Assembly (NCBI GenBank): GCA_036340075.1
Contig: JAYYZJ010000012.1
Span: forward strand, 32,001-96,000
Length of the DNA: 64,000 bases
DNA from: Thermodesulfobacteriota bacterium
GTDB lineage: Bacteria > Desulfobacterota_D > UBA1144
Reading direction: 5' to 3'
Shown: one piece after another, positions 10,649 through 20,626 of the stretch
How positions within the stretch are numbered: position 1 is the stretch's first letter
Layout of the letters: every line of letters starts with the position of its first letter
Position numbers and translations under genes: made by a program
Notes under the pieces: model-generated
What the model was told of the DNA's origin: nothing
Database searches by the model: none
Seen by the model: only the letters and a program-made list of their open reading frames with translations

Positions 10649-11099
10649 TTTCAATGGTCTCCCTGCTTTTTTGAAATTTTTTAAAGCTTGTCTTGTTGTT
10701 TGCTTCCCATGCTTTTTCTGACCAAATTTCAAACCTAGACAACATACCCACATAGACAATTGAACTCTTAATAGTTAAACCTTTTCTTATAGCGGTAGGA
10801 ATCATAATCCTTCCTTCTGTATCAATTTCGCATTCGTTTGCATTGCCTATTAAATATCTTTCGAATTCAACTATATCTGTTTTGAACTGAGGTAGTTCGG
10901 ATATTTTAGATTCTAATTTTTCCCACTCGGACAAGGGATAGCCAACAGCGCATTGATCAAAAGAGGAAATAATAATTTTATTTGTTTTATATTTTTTTCT
11001 TAAAATCTCTCTAAACCTTACAGGCATACTAGTCCTACCCGAACTTGAAATCTTATGAATATATTGACCTCTAAACACATCTATACCAAAATCTGCCAT
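10641..11099 (-). CDS. mraZ: Transcriptional regulator MraZ
   Basis: FRGQY..., GRTSMPVRFR, IDTEGRIMIP and RFEIW; first gene of the dcw cluster. Confidence 0.93.
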   Translation of the reverse strand: MADFGIDVFRGQYIHKISSSGRTSMPVRFREILRKKYKTNKIIISSFDQCAVGYPLSEWEKLESKISELPQFKTDIVEFERYLIGNANECEIDTEGRIMIPTAIRKGLTIKSSIVYVGMLSRFEIWSEKAWEANNKTSFKKFQKSRETIENV

Positions 11100-11125
11100 A
11101 AAATGACAAATTACGCCTTGATGGA

Positions 11126-11154
11126 ATTGTTACAAAAAAGCTTAATAAAGTCAA
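11126..11154 (-). promoter_or_regulatory. Putative sigma70 promoter of dcw operon
   Basis: Minus strand reads TTGACT-17 nt-AACAAT with TG immediately upstream of the -10. Confidence 0.4.
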
Positions 11155-11177
11155 GAAGATAGGTTAGTATTGAGGCG

Positions 11178-11384
11178 ATGGCACAAATTAAATTAAAATT
11201 AGAGAGCAAGAAGAAAATAGTACTTTTTCAGTTTTTGTATTCACAGAATCTACATTTAGGCTGGTCAAGATCAGATAGTTTAAATCCAGAATTCATGACC
11301 ATATATACAACAGATGACTTAATTAAGAAGAATATAGAGATTTTAAAGAAAATTGATAATTATGTGAGCCTTTCTTTGCTTTAG
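11178..11384 (+). CDS. Hypothetical 68-aa protein
   Basis: ORF fills the gap between mraZ and the MBL gene in an otherwise gap-free genome. TAGTAT lies 7 nt before the ATG. No recognisable domain. Confidence 0.55.
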   Translation: MAQIKLKLESKKKIVLFQFLYSQNLHLGWSRSDSLNPEFMTIYTTDDLIKKNIEILKKIDNYVSLSLL

Positions 11385-11386
11385 CT

Positions 11387-12322
11387 CTAGGAAGCTTTTT
11401 CGGTTTCAACCAAATGTTTAAAACCAGTAATGCTACTTACTAAAGCTCTTCTTAGGCCACCATATTCACCTGGATGTTGTTCTTGAGAAAAAAGTTTACC
11501 TGCACCATAGTCGACTTTTGAAAGTTCTTTCGCAATTAATTCTTCATCTTGAATTCCTTTTTCTAGAGAATTCGATACTGCTTCTTTCCAAACTTCAAGC
11601 TGTTCTATGTGCTGACTCATCAAACTCATTCCGCTTTCTCTTAATGCATGATGAGCAAAAGCAAGGCTATCCGGTTTCTTTTCCATCATAGACTTTATCG
11701 AGGCTATGCCAGATTCAATTCTATAAGGTTGAGGTGTAGTTGGAACTAATATGTTTAATGAATTTATATACATGCCTACGGCATCACCACAAAACATTAT
11801 TTTCTTATTTTCCAACATAAAACTAAAATGATGACTTGCATGACCAGGAGTTTCTATCCAACTAAATTCAAGATCATTCACCTTAATTTCATATGTTTTT
11901 TCATCTAAAGACACAAGACATTCTTCTTTAACTGGCTCTGGTTTTTCATACATTTCAGCAACCCATCCAAGAGTATCAACAGAGGATTGCCAAAGAACCT
12001 TTTCTGGGTCAACAAGGTGAGGAACACCTCTTCTATGAACCAAAACCTGAGTGTTTGGAAAGTTCTTTAGTAAAGTCCCTAATCCCCCTGAGTGGTCTAA
12101 ATGAATATGAGTTAAAAACACATATTTTAAATTATCTTTATTTACTCCCAATATTCCAAGCTGCCTTTCTAGCTCTGGTATTCCACAGGTTGGACCGACA
12201 TCAACTATTATATAGTCATCATTTGCCTTTATTAGATATGGTGCAATAAATTCTTTATCATTATTGACCTTTAAATCTAACTGCCAAATTATTTCATCAA
12301 GCTGCCGTATATTTTTTTCCAT
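11387..12322 (-). CDS. MBL-fold metallo-hydrolase
   Basis: THIHLDH, TPGHASHH, GDA and FAH metal ligands. Confidence 0.9.
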   Translation of the reverse strand: MEKNIRQLDEIIWQLDLKVNNDKEFIAPYLIKANDDYIIVDVGPTCGIPELERQLGILGVNKDNLKYVFLTHIHLDHSGGLGTLLKNFPNTQVLVHRRGVPHLVDPEKVLWQSSVDTLGWVAEMYEKPEPVKEECLVSLDEKTYEIKVNDLEFSWIETPGHASHHFSFMLENKKIMFCGDAVGMYINSLNILVPTTPQPYRIESGIASIKSMMEKKPDSLAFAHHALRESGMSLMSQHIEQLEVWKEAVSNSLEKGIQDEELIAKELSKVDYGAGKLFSQEQHPGEYGGLRRALVSSITGFKHLVETEKAS

Positions 12323-12389
12323 AAGAATATTTTATAATTTTGAATAGTATTTTATATACTTTTACCCCTTAGGTAAAGGGAGCAACATT

Positions 12390-13913
12390 ATAAAGAGTTT
12401 TTTTTCCTCATCAATTAGAGTCGGTTTCTTAACATTCATAAGTAGAATATTTGGCTATATTAGAGATTTGCTAATTACTTTCTTCTTTGGTGCAAATGTT
12501 GAAACAGATGCATTCTATGTAGCTTTTAGGATACCAAATTTATTCAGAAGACTTCTGGCAGAAGGAACTTTAAGCGCTACGCTTGTACCTTTTTTTACTG
12601 AATCAAGTCTATCTAAAAATAGAAATGTTTTTAAGAAACTCAGAAATGATGTTTTTACCATTTTATTTATTTTACTTTTGGTAACAACCCTGTTGTTTTA
12701 TTTCTTTTCCTCCGAGATTATTTCGTTATTTGCATTTGGATTTGACGAATCTACTAATGAAATATCATCCGACTTATTGAGAAATATGTCACCATTTCTG
12801 TTTTTAATATCTTTGTCTGCTCTAAATATGGGTTTGCTCAATTCAGTTAAAAAATTTAATGCACCTGCTTTTTCACCGGTAATGTTGAACCTGGGAATAA
12901 TAGGAACAATTATCTTTTCATATTATTTCTTATCAATCAGCATCTTTACCTTATCATACGCTGTTTTGTTTGGGGCAATTTTACAATACTTGTTCCAATT
13001 GCCTTTTATATTGTCAAACAAACTCGGCTACTTCTTTTCATTTAGTGACATAATTAACAAAGAAACTAGAAGTATTTTTGTGGTAATAGTCCCTCAAATT
13101 TTTGGTCTAGCAATTTATAATCTGAATATTTTAGTTAATACTCAATTTGCTTCATTTATGGAGAAAGGAGCTGTTACTTATCTATATTTGGCCGAAAGAT
13201 TAATTGAGTTTCCATTAGGCATCTTTGCAGTCGCAGTCGCTACTACTTCTTTGCCAGATTTTGCCAAACTTAATATTAATAAAAAATTTGGTGAATTTTC
13301 ATCCTTACTTAATAGCAAAATAAAATTTTTATTTTTTTTGTCAACGCCATGTGCTGTAGCCTTTATTTTATTAGGAGAAGAAATTTGTTCCGTACTATAT
13401 TTAAGAGGAGAGTTTCTTTATTCTGATGCAATTCTAACCTCAAAAGCTTTGGGAGCTTATTCTGTAGGATTAGTGTTTGTTGGGTCTATAAGAGTATTAA
13501 CTCAAGCCTTCTATGCAATAAAAGATACAAAAACTCCCGTATTATTAGCAGGTGCCAATCTGGCTACTAATATAGCTTTATGTTATTTGCTCGGTTTTTA
13601 TTTAGATTTAGGATTCTATGGCCTAGCTCTAGCTGCATCAATTTCCGCAATAATCTTGTTCTTTATGTTAGCAATGAAACTGAATTCTTACTTGGGACAA
13701 GTTAATATTTATGAAATTATTAGATATTTCATAATCATCGTTCTTATTTCTTTAGTTTCAATCTACACAAGCATTTTAATTGTAGGATCTATAGGGCATA
13801 TATATTCAAACTTATATGTTGATTTAGCACTGGCAATTATCTTCTCCGCATTGTTTTATTTTTGTTTAGCTAAAATAATAAAACTTGATGAATTAAAGAT
13901 GATTTTTGAATAA
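12390..13913 (+). CDS. murJ: Lipid II flippase MurJ (MviN)
   Basis: SRIFGYIRD...DAFYVAFRIPNLFRRLLAEG, RLIEFPLG and FYAIKDTKTP. The conserved N-terminus extends upstream of TTG 12468, so the start coordinate is inferred (ATA). Confidence 0.93.
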   Translation: MKSFFSSSIRVGFLTFISRIFGYIRDLLITFFFGANVETDAFYVAFRIPNLFRRLLAEGTLSATLVPFFTESSLSKNRNVFKKLRNDVFTILFILLLVTTLLFYFFSSEIISLFAFGFDESTNEISSDLLRNMSPFLFLISLSALNMGLLNSVKKFNAPAFSPVMLNLGIIGTIIFSYYFLSISIFTLSYAVLFGAILQYLFQLPFILSNKLGYFFSFSDIINKETRSIFVVIVPQIFGLAIYNLNILVNTQFASFMEKGAVTYLYLAERLIEFPLGIFAVAVATTSLPDFAKLNINKKFGEFSSLLNSKIKFLFFLSTPCAVAFILLGEEICSVLYLRGEFLYSDAILTSKALGAYSVGLVFVGSIRVLTQAFYAIKDTKTPVLLAGANLATNIALCYLLGFYLDLGFYGLALAASISAIILFFMLAMKLNSYLGQVNIYEIIRYFIIIVLISLVSIYTSILIVGSIGHIYSNLYVDLALAIIFSALFYFCLAKIIKLDELKMIFE

Positions 13914-13955
13914 TTTCTATTGTGTATAGAATTATTTTGTTTTAACCTAAGCTTA

Positions 13956-14387
13956 ATGAGAGTTCTAGTAATAAATGGTCCCAATTTAAATATGTTAGGA
14001 AAAAGGGAAAAGGATATTTATGGTACTCTGACTTTGGATGAAATCAATCAATTGATGACAGACAAGGCAGAAGAATTAGGGATTGAAATAGATTTCTATC
14101 AATCTAATGAAGAAGGGAAGATTGTGTCCAAAATTCAGGAATGTAAAGAGGATGAAGATTTTATAATTATTAATCCAGCTGCTTTTACTCATACTAGCAT
14201 TGCCATAAGAGATGCTTTGCTTTCTGTTAAGGTAAAATTTATTGAAGTGCATCTATCAAACATCTTCGAAAGAGAAGATTTCCGACAACATTCTTTTGTT
14301 TCTTCAATTGCATTAGGAGTAATTTCTGGATTCGGACATCATGGTTACATTATGGCTCTCGATGCATTAAGCAATCTGCAAAAATAA
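13956..14387 (+). CDS. aroQ: Type II 3-dehydroquinate dehydratase
   Basis: NGPNLNMLGKRE, QSNEEG, INPAAFTHTS and EVHLSN. Confidence 0.96.
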   Translation: MRVLVINGPNLNMLGKREKDIYGTLTLDEINQLMTDKAEELGIEIDFYQSNEEGKIVSKIQECKEDEDFIIINPAAFTHTSIAIRDALLSVKVKFIEVHLSNIFEREDFRQHSFVSSIALGVISGFGHHGYIMALDALSNLQK

Positions 14388-14394
14388 AATTACT

Positions 14395-16089
14395 ATGAAC
14401 TATTGTTGGAACGTTAAAACTCCAGACCAAGAAAAAATTAAACTTTTGTGTGCCGAGTTAGGCATATCATTCTTCTTTTCGAAACTTTTGGTAAGTAGAG
14501 GTTTGTCGGATATTAATCAAGTTAAGGAGTTTCTTTCCCCAACATTAGACAAGTTGCCAAACCCTTTCTTGCTTAAAGGTATGGAGAAGAGTGTAGAAAG
14601 GATAATTCAAGCAATTGAAAGCTCGGAAAAAATTGCTATCTATGGAGATTTCGATTGCGATGGGATTACTTCAACAGCAATTCTTTACGATTTTCTAAAA
14701 AGGGTTGAAGGAAATGCCGTTTTTTATAATCCTCAGAGAATTGAAGAAGGATACGGAATCAATTTCAAATCAATAGAAAAACTATCAAGTGAGGGAGTAA
14801 CATTAATTATTTCCACAGATTGTGGAATCTCTGAAAACGAAGTAGTTGAAAAAAGCAAAACTCTTAATATAGATTTTATAATTACTGATCATCACACTGC
14901 CCCTGAAATTCTTCCAGAGGCTGTATCTATTGTTAACCCGAAACAATCAGATTGTGAATACCCATTTAAAGAGATTTGTGCTGCTGGTGTTGTGTTCAAT
15001 TTAATCATGGCCCTAAGAAGCGAACTTCGTAAAAGAGAGTATTTCGAATTCATTAAGGAACCAAATTTGAAAAGATATTTAGATTTGGTTGCTATAGCAA
15101 CAATAGCTGACAGCATGCCCATAACGAATATAAATAGAATTTTTGTTTCCAACGGTCTTAATGAAATCCCGAAGACTGACAAAAAAGGCCTATTGGCTTT
15201 GATAAGAAATAATGACAAAAAAAAATATTCTACTAGAGATGTTTCCTTTCAGGTTGCACCAAAGATTAATGCAGCAGGTAGAGTTGGGAAAGCAACTAAT
15301 GCAGTAAAACTCTTAGTTGAAGAAAACCCGGAAGAAATAAATTCATTAGTTGCAATAATCGATCAAGATAATTCTAGGCGTCAAAAAATTCAAGAACAAG
15401 TTCTAACAGAAGCAATATCTATGAGTAAAGATATTATCAAGCAGGATAAAGATAGAAATTCATTAGTTCTTTCTTCGGAAGATTGGCACCCAGGCGTTAT
15501 AGGTATTGTCGCCTCCAAGATTTCGGAGAACTTTAGTAGGCCTTGCGCGATTATTTCACTAAAAAATGGAATTGGGAAAGGAAGCTTAAGAACAAGAAGC
15601 AATATAAATCTTTACCAGGTTCTTAAGGAATGCGAATCTACTTTAGTTCAGTATGGAGGACACAGTGGAGCAGCAGGGATAACTATCGATAATAATGAAA
15701 TTGAGAACTTTTCGAAAATATTCGAATCATCTGTACAAAATTACGAACATAAAGAGGAAGAGCGTTTTCCAGATATTGACCTAGATTTTGATGAAATTAA
15801 TTCAAAAACTCTAATTGATTTACAACGAATGGAGCCTTTTGGGCGAGAGAACGAAAACCCAACTTTCGTAACGCATAATTTAAAAATTAAAAGTAAAAAG
15901 ATTTTAAAGGAAAAGCATTTAGAAATATTTTTGGAAAAAGAAGAAACTGTTAGAAGAGCAATTTGGTTTAATTTTTCTAAACAGCTTAATGTGGGAGATA
16001 CCGTAGATATTATTTATAGAATACAAAAGGATAATTACAGTAATTACTCAAATATTTCCTTAATAGTTGAAGATTTGAGAAGCACTTGA
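14395..16089 (+). CDS. recJ: Single-stranded-DNA exonuclease RecJ
   Basis: YGDFDCDG, DCG, DHH, PKINAAGR, GGH..AAG and EPFG.EN. Confidence 0.95.
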   Translation: MNYCWNVKTPDQEKIKLLCAELGISFFFSKLLVSRGLSDINQVKEFLSPTLDKLPNPFLLKGMEKSVERIIQAIESSEKIAIYGDFDCDGITSTAILYDFLKRVEGNAVFYNPQRIEEGYGINFKSIEKLSSEGVTLIISTDCGISENEVVEKSKTLNIDFIITDHHTAPEILPEAVSIVNPKQSDCEYPFKEICAAGVVFNLIMALRSELRKREYFEFIKEPNLKRYLDLVAIATIADSMPITNINRIFVSNGLNEIPKTDKKGLLALIRNNDKKKYSTRDVSFQVAPKINAAGRVGKATNAVKLLVEENPEEINSLVAIIDQDNSRRQKIQEQVLTEAISMSKDIIKQDKDRNSLVLSSEDWHPGVIGIVASKISENFSRPCAIISLKNGIGKGSLRTRSNINLYQVLKECESTLVQYGGHSGAAGITIDNNEIENFSKIFESSVQNYEHKEEERFPDIDLDFDEINSKTLIDLQRMEPFGRENENPTFVTHNLKIKSKKILKEKHLEIFLEKEETVRRAIWFNFSKQLNVGDTVDIIYRIQKDNYSNYSNISLIVEDLRST

Positions 16090-16114
16090 CATTAAAGATT
16101 TTAAGCTACATAAT
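16086..16114 (+). promoter_or_regulatory. sigma70 promoter
   Basis: TTGACA-17 nt-CATAAT, followed by an AAAGAGGT ribosome-binding site. Confidence 0.7.
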
Positions 16115-16138
16115 CTCAGAAAAAAGAGGTAGTTGTTA

Positions 16139-16747
16139 ATGAAATTGTTTAAAAGTTTTTTTATTTTTCTTACTATTATTTTTATGAGTGTATCAGTTCA
16201 CTCTATTGCAAAAGAGGAAATAAAACAGACTGATTATTCTTCAGAATCGGAAACCATAAAAGATTCAAAGGTGAAATCTGGCTCTGAGATTAAAAAGAAG
16301 TTTGAATACAATAAAACCTATGGACCTTCCCCTATTTTGTCTTTTGGAGCAGGTGCTTCTGCTAGCCCCGCAGGTTATTCTCTAATCACGAGATTAGACA
16401 TTCCTTGGAAAAATGACTTATATATAGGACCAGTTGGACAATTTGCCAAAGGAGATGGTGAAACTCTTGCTGGTATAACGGGTAACATCAAAAAACACTT
16501 ACCATCAACAGATCCAAAGATGATTCCATCTATTGAGGCTGGCATAGGATTTCTCGTAGATGATGAAGACAATGATAATGATGATAACAGCTCTTCTTTT
16601 CTAACTGTTGCTGGAGCAGGTTTTGACTATGTTATGTCAGACAATTTAAGCTTAGGAGCCCATGGTTACATGAATAATAGTTTTGATATGGACCACAAAG
16701 AGATATTCTTTACCTTCCTAGTTAGCTTAAATATTCGTCTATATTAA
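16139..16747 (+). CDS. Exported protein, probable small outer-membrane beta-barrel
   Basis: Signal peptide, amphipathic strands (IEAGIGF, AGAGFDY) and an aromatic C-terminus (LNIRLY). GAGGT 8 nt before ATG 16139. Confidence 0.65.
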   Translation: MKLFKSFFIFLTIIFMSVSVHSIAKEEIKQTDYSSESETIKDSKVKSGSEIKKKFEYNKTYGPSPILSFGAGASASPAGYSLITRLDIPWKNDLYIGPVGQFAKGDGETLAGITGNIKKHLPSTDPKMIPSIEAGIGFLVDDEDNDNDDNSSSFLTVAGAGFDYVMSDNLSLGAHGYMNNSFDMDHKEIFFTFLVSLNIRLY

Positions 16748-16770
16748 CTTTATGCCTTTAGGCTAAAATA

Positions 16771-18153
16771 ATGGCTACTAAAAACCCAAAAAATATAATT
16801 ATTCTAGGAGCTGGATCAACAGGTGAATATCTTGCAGAAGAGCTTTCGGCAGAGCACAATATCACCCTTGTTGATAAAGACATTAACAAGATTAATCAGA
16901 TTAAAAACAAAACTAAAATGGATTTGCTAACAATATCCGGAGATGCTTCTGACTTAAGCATATTCAACGAAACAGATTTAAAAGAAATCAATTTCTTTAT
17001 TGCTTGTACAGATGATGACAAGCTTAATATTTTAACTGCTATGTATTTTGAGAAAATTCCAGGAGTTCAAACAATTGTTGTAACAAAAGATTATAGATAC
17101 AAAGACTATCCAGGGAAATTAGATGTTCCTGAGGTTAAAACATTTCATTCTGGGGACATAGTTTCGCAAAAAATTATGAATCTATTTGAAACACCTTATT
17201 CGTGGGAAACTGATAAAATAGCCGACTCTAGAATCTTATTTCTTAAAATCAAAATAGATGAATCAAGCCCAATACTAGATAATTCAATCTATTCATTAAA
17301 CAAAGAAGGTACTAATAAATGGAAATTTTTAGCAGTGACAGAAGACCCATCTTCTGAAAAATTGAATTTTATAAAGCCAGATTTACCTTCAACACGTCTA
17401 AGAAAAGGAGATATTGTTCTTGCAGTTATTGTTGATGATCATGAAGAAGAATTTGAAGCAAAATATTTTTCGAAAGAAGAAGCCGAATTAAAGAACATAT
17501 TTATTGTAGGGGGAACATATATCGCATCGGAAGTTGCAAAGAAGCTTGTAAGAAGAAAATGCAATGTAAAACTCTTAGTCCCAGAGCAAACAAGAGCTAG
17601 AGAACTCTCAGAAGAGCTAGAATCTGTACAGATAATTCTTGGAGAACCTACCGACGAGCAGCTTTTGGCAGATCAAGGAGTAGGTAAAGATTGTGATTAC
17701 TTTCTAGCTTTGACATCTGATGATGAGATTAATGTACTAAGTGCATTGTTATCAAGCAAATTAAAGGCCAGAAACTCATTAGTTGTATATTCTAAATCGG
17801 AATATCAAAATGTTATCAACAGCATTGGTGCCGAAAGAGAAATTAATACTAAATTCACTGTTGCTGGAGAAGTATGCACCTATATTATTACTACTGGCAA
17901 GATGGGCAAAAAGGGTTTTCATGAGACAATCGTTGATGCAAATACTAAAATATTCGAATTTAGATGCGAAGAAGATGTCAATGTTGAGGAAATTGCTGAA
18001 AACATTTCATTAGCTTTTACAATCAAGGAAGGGGAAGAGACTCAATATCTTACAAATCCCAAAGAAGGTATGGCACAAAAAGGAGATTTGGTCATAGCCG
18101 TAACACTGGATGCAAAATCAGAATCTAGTTTAGAATCAAAAATACTCAAATGA
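16771..18153 (+). CDS. trkA: Trk K+ uptake NAD-binding subunit
   Basis: Two RCK domains (ILGAGSTG; IVGGTYI; DDKLN/DDEIN); adjacent to trkH. Confidence 0.88.
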   Translation: MATKNPKNIIILGAGSTGEYLAEELSAEHNITLVDKDINKINQIKNKTKMDLLTISGDASDLSIFNETDLKEINFFIACTDDDKLNILTAMYFEKIPGVQTIVVTKDYRYKDYPGKLDVPEVKTFHSGDIVSQKIMNLFETPYSWETDKIADSRILFLKIKIDESSPILDNSIYSLNKEGTNKWKFLAVTEDPSSEKLNFIKPDLPSTRLRKGDIVLAVIVDDHEEEFEAKYFSKEEAELKNIFIVGGTYIASEVAKKLVRRKCNVKLLVPEQTRARELSEELESVQIILGEPTDEQLLADQGVGKDCDYFLALTSDDEINVLSALLSSKLKARNSLVVYSKSEYQNVINSIGAEREINTKFTVAGEVCTYIITTGKMGKKGFHETIVDANTKIFEFRCEEDVNVEEIAENISLAFTIKEGEETQYLTNPKEGMAQKGDLVIAVTLDAKSESSLESKILK

Positions 18154-19703
18154 ATTTAAATAAATCCTTTTACTTGATAGGTAATTTCATAATTTATTAT
18201 GGCCTTTTCTTACTGTTCCCGTTGTTTTCTTATTTTATTGTGGTTCCCAGCGATAAATTTTTTTCATCGAATGATTTTTTATTTCAACTAATACCTTTTG
18301 TAATTTCATCAGTTTTGTCTTTATCTCTGGGGTACGTAATAAAAAAAATTTTCTATGATGAGGAAAGTAGCAAGGAAGATTTAACGAGGAAGGATGGTTT
18401 CTTGTTAGCATCATTAGTTTGGATTTTTGCAGGGTTCTTAGGATCTCTCCCTTACTTTTTTTCTTCGATTAATATCTATGAAACTATAGGATTTACTTTA
18501 GATCCAGTATTCAAAGAAGATGTATTTGTTAATTCATTCTTTGAATCTGTTTCTGGAATTACAACTACAGGAGCCTCGGTCTTTTCTATCTTTCCATCTA
18601 CAGATAGTCATTCTTTTCTTATTTTCTGGCGCTCCTTGTCTCAGTGGCTAGGAGGGATAGGAATTATCTTGTTAGTTCTCATTGTCTTCCCAAGAATATC
18701 AGTTGGCATTATGCAAATTGCAAGCGACCAAGAGGGGACTGGTCCACAAAAAGAAAGAATTACACCAAGAATTTATGAAACAGGATTAAGATTGTTCTTT
18801 ATATATCTTGGAATTACAGTGCTATTAGCATGCCTATTGTTCTTTGTAGGTAAGTTGAATTTGTTTGATTCAATAGTTCACACCCTAAGCACAGTATCCA
18901 CAGGCGGCTTCTCTAGTTACCCTTTAAACATAGAAGCCCTTAACAATATTGCAGTAGAAACAATTCTTACAATTTTTATGTTCTTAGGTGGAATTAGTTT
19001 TGCGATTTATTATTTTGTTCTTTCTGGAAATTACAAAAAGATTATTGAAAATTCAGAATTTAAAACTTTCATTTCTTTGAATTTAATCTTAATAATGTTC
19101 ATCGTCTATCTTTTATTTGCATATAATGGATATAGTTTTATAGATAGTTTGAGATATGGTAGTTTCCAATCTATATCATTATCAACAGGAACCGGATTTA
19201 CTTCGTTTAATTTTAACAACTGGCCTAATAATATTAAATTAATCTTACTGGCCTTTATGCTTTTGGGAGGTTGTTCCGGCTCTACCACCGGAGGTATAAA
19301 AATTGTAAGAGTTATTATAGTGTTCAAAAGAATTCATAATGAAATAAAAAGAAGAATTAGTCCAAATACCGTTTCAACAGTAAAAATAAATGGTAAATCA
19401 GTTGATGAGGAAGTTGTGACAGGAGTTTTCAGCTTTCTGCTATTGTATTTGATTATATGTATATGTTCTGTTGCAGCGCTTCTAATTTTTGAGAACGACG
19501 TAAAATCATTAACTGCTTTATCTGCTGTAATTTCGAGTATAACAAATGTAGGTCCCGGTTTTGATCAAATTAACCCCCATTCTAACTATGCTTTTTTTTC
19601 CAACCAATCAAAAATACTACTGTCTTTCTTGATGTTTTTTGGGAGATTAGAATTATTTACAATGGTAGCGCTCTTAATACCTTCTTTTTGGAAAAAATAT
19701 TAA
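18150..19703 (+). CDS. trkH: Trk K+ uptake membrane subunit
   Basis: FFESVSGITTTGAS, QWLGGIGI, STGGFS, GGCSGSTTGGIK, NVGPG and GRLE. Confidence 0.95.
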   Translation: MNLNKSFYLIGNFIIYYGLFLLFPLFSYFIVVPSDKFFSSNDFLFQLIPFVISSVLSLSLGYVIKKIFYDEESSKEDLTRKDGFLLASLVWIFAGFLGSLPYFFSSINIYETIGFTLDPVFKEDVFVNSFFESVSGITTTGASVFSIFPSTDSHSFLIFWRSLSQWLGGIGIILLVLIVFPRISVGIMQIASDQEGTGPQKERITPRIYETGLRLFFIYLGITVLLACLLFFVGKLNLFDSIVHTLSTVSTGGFSSYPLNIEALNNIAVETILTIFMFLGGISFAIYYFVLSGNYKKIIENSEFKTFISLNLILIMFIVYLLFAYNGYSFIDSLRYGSFQSISLSTGTGFTSFNFNNWPNNIKLILLAFMLLGGCSGSTTGGIKIVRVIIVFKRIHNEIKRRISPNTVSTVKINGKSVDEEVVTGVFSFLLLYLIICICSVAALLIFENDVKSLTALSAVISSITNVGPGFDQINPHSNYAFFSNQSKILLSFLMFFGRLELFTMVALLIPSFWKKY

Positions 19704-19726
19704 TTTCGTTATGTTAGAATTCATTT

Positions 19727-20626
19727 TTGATGTCAATAATTAGTTCTAAAACAATTTTAATAGGAAATTTTGATGGATTGCATTTAGGCCATCAGAAATT
19801 AATTAAATTCGCTCAAAACTTATGTAAGGAGTCTGGTACTCAATTAACTTTAGTCACTTTTAGGCCACATCCTAGAAAAATACTTTCTAATAAAGGCACC
19901 AACCTACTTCTTCCTTATGAAGAAAAATTAAATTATTTAAAAGATTTAGGAATAGATCTTGTAGATGAAATCAATTTTAATCTTGATATCTCCAAACTTT
20001 CCCCAGAGCATTTCATAGAAGAGTTTTTAATTAAGCGCCATAATCCAAAAAATATAGTTGTAGGTAAAAATTTTAAATTTGGATTCAAAGCATCCGGCAA
20101 TGTGGACACTCTTAGAAAATTTGTCTCACCAGAAGTTGAAATTTTCCCAATAGACATAGAGGAAATAAGTGGAGAAAGAATTAGTTCAACAATTATAAAA
20201 GATTTCTTATCTAAAGGAGATGTCGAAAAAACTAAGGACTTCCTAGGGAGATATTATTCTATATCTGGAGTTGTAGTCCATGGCGAACAACGAGGAAGAG
20301 AAATAGGCTTTCCCACAGCAAATCTTAATACAAAATTTGAATTCTTGCCCATGAATGGAGTTTATGTAACTTATATTAATCTGGGAAATAGGAAATTAGA
20401 GGGTATTACAAATATTGGTTTTAGACCAACATTTGGGAAAAAGGATTTATTGATTGAGTCTCATATTTTTGACTTTAATCAATCTATTTATAACCAAGAA
20501 ATTACAATAGAATTTATTAATAGAATAAGAAGTGAGAAAAAGTTTGATAGTGTAGAAAAACTTATAGAAAATATTAATAAAGACGTTGAACATGGAAGGA
20601 GAGTATTTAAAAGTAAAAATGATTAA
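19727..20626 (+). CDS. ribF: Bifunctional riboflavin kinase/FAD synthetase
   Basis: GNFDGLHLGHQ, ISST, GREIGFPTAN and NIGFRPT. Confidence 0.96.
   Translation: MMSIISSKTILIGNFDGLHLGHQKLIKFAQNLCKESGTQLTLVTFRPHPRKILSNKGTNLLLPYEEKLNYLKDLGIDLVDEINFNLDISKLSPEHFIEEFLIKRHNPKNIVVGKNFKFGFKASGNVDTLRKFVSPEVEIFPIDIEEISGERISSTIIKDFLSKGDVEKTKDFLGRYYSISGVVVHGEQRGREIGFPTANLNTKFEFLPMNGVYVTYINLGNRKLEGITNIGFRPTFGKKDLLIESHIFDFNQSIYNQEITIEFINRIRSEKKFDSVEKLIENINKDVEHGRRVFKSKND

Noticed and set aside
16559..16590. GAT/AAT trinucleotide-like repeat
   Set aside because: Imperfect and simply encodes an Asp/Asn loop; not a contingency locus or array.
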